From the NCBI GenBank assembly GCA_023134715.1, contig JAGLUP010000002.1, positions 15,906 through 79,905 of the forward strand: a stretch of DNA of 64,000 nt, written 5' to 3'. The translations under genes and the position numbers were made by a program. Shown piece by piece: positions 63,729 to 64,000 of this stretch (positions are counted from its first letter, which is position 1; every line of letters begins with the position of its first letter). The notes beneath the pieces were generated by a model that worked only from the letters and a program-made list of their open reading frames with translations, searched no databases and was not told where the DNA came from. The stretch is from Candidatus Parcubacteria bacterium. Its GTDB lineage: Bacteria; Patescibacteriota; Minisyncoccia; Minisyncoccales; JAGLUP01.

Positions 63729-63960
63729 GCCTGCCCTGCGAAGCAGGGTTTGGTGTAGGAATACAAAACAGAAAAAATTTTCTTTTCATTAAATTAAAAA
63801 TTAAAAAATTGCTGGCGAGAAAATAAAATAAGGAAAATTTTTCTGTTTTGTTTCCCGCCGTAGCGGAGCGGAGGCGGGCGGAAACGTTGGGTCGGGATTC
63901 AAAAATCCGCGTCCGGATTTTCGCGAAAAAAAGTTCGGATTTCATTCAAAAATCCCAGCC
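63718..63960. repeat. X' arm: right-end inverted repeat of the element (reverse complement of 56175-56416)
   Basis: ~240 bp aligned by eye with only scattered mismatches. It ends at CAGC 63957-63960. Confidence 0.85.
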
Positions 63961-64000
63961 ACATAGGATAACTTAAAAAAAATCGCAAAACAAATAATTT

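Larger units (their letters stand above)
54464..63960. mobile_element. ~9.5-kb integrated element at the 3' end of tRNA-Gln (serine recombinase, R-M system, four unknown genes)
   Basis: Junctions share the tetranucleotide CAGC at 54464-54467 and 63957-63960. The recombinase gene abuts the tRNA. Long inverted repeats define the ends (see findings). Confidence 0.7.

Overview
The window is AT-rich and densely coded. It looks like a small-genome, CPR/Patescibacteria-type bacterium using the standard code; TGA acts as a stop in ATGA overlaps at 32202, 42951 and 45102. Bacterial core genes are interleaved with accessory segments.

Core genes:
- Translation and aminoacylation: rplL, rplU, glyQS, trpS, metG.
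- Division: mraZ-rsmH-ftsL-ftsI.
- Replication and repair: rmuC, recR, dnaB, dnaX.
- Others: a Clp-type AAA+ ATPase, an ABC exporter, a P-type ATPase and a histidine kinase.

Accessory content:
1. Fic and two NTase/HEPN modules sit between duplicated flanks at the 3' end of rplL.
2. A SipW-type signal peptidase is clustered with four TasA/camelysin-like secreted proteins.
3. A geranylgeranyl-reductase gene and a terpene-synthase-like gene are each preceded by the same ~160-bp terminated leader.
4. Decayed copies of the histidine-kinase 3' end delimit four cassettes: metG, the archaeal-type SepRS-SepCysS pair, a NIF3 gene with one in-frame TAA, and an RHH/PIN pair.
5. Five unrelated small-protein genes are each wrapped in the same conserved 5' and 3' untranslated modules. 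Three of the cassette groups are driven by copies of one promoter plus short terminated leader RNA.
6. Two full-length archaeal TFB/TFIIB-like genes lie in tandem between dnaB and dnaX.
7. A ~9.5-kb element is integrated at the 3' end of tRNA-Gln. It carries a large serine recombinase, a C-protein-controlled type II R-M system and four uncharacterised genes. Its repeats follow attL/attR logic and include an internal inverted attP-like copy.

All function calls rest on motifs read by eye and on recalled family signatures. No searches were run.
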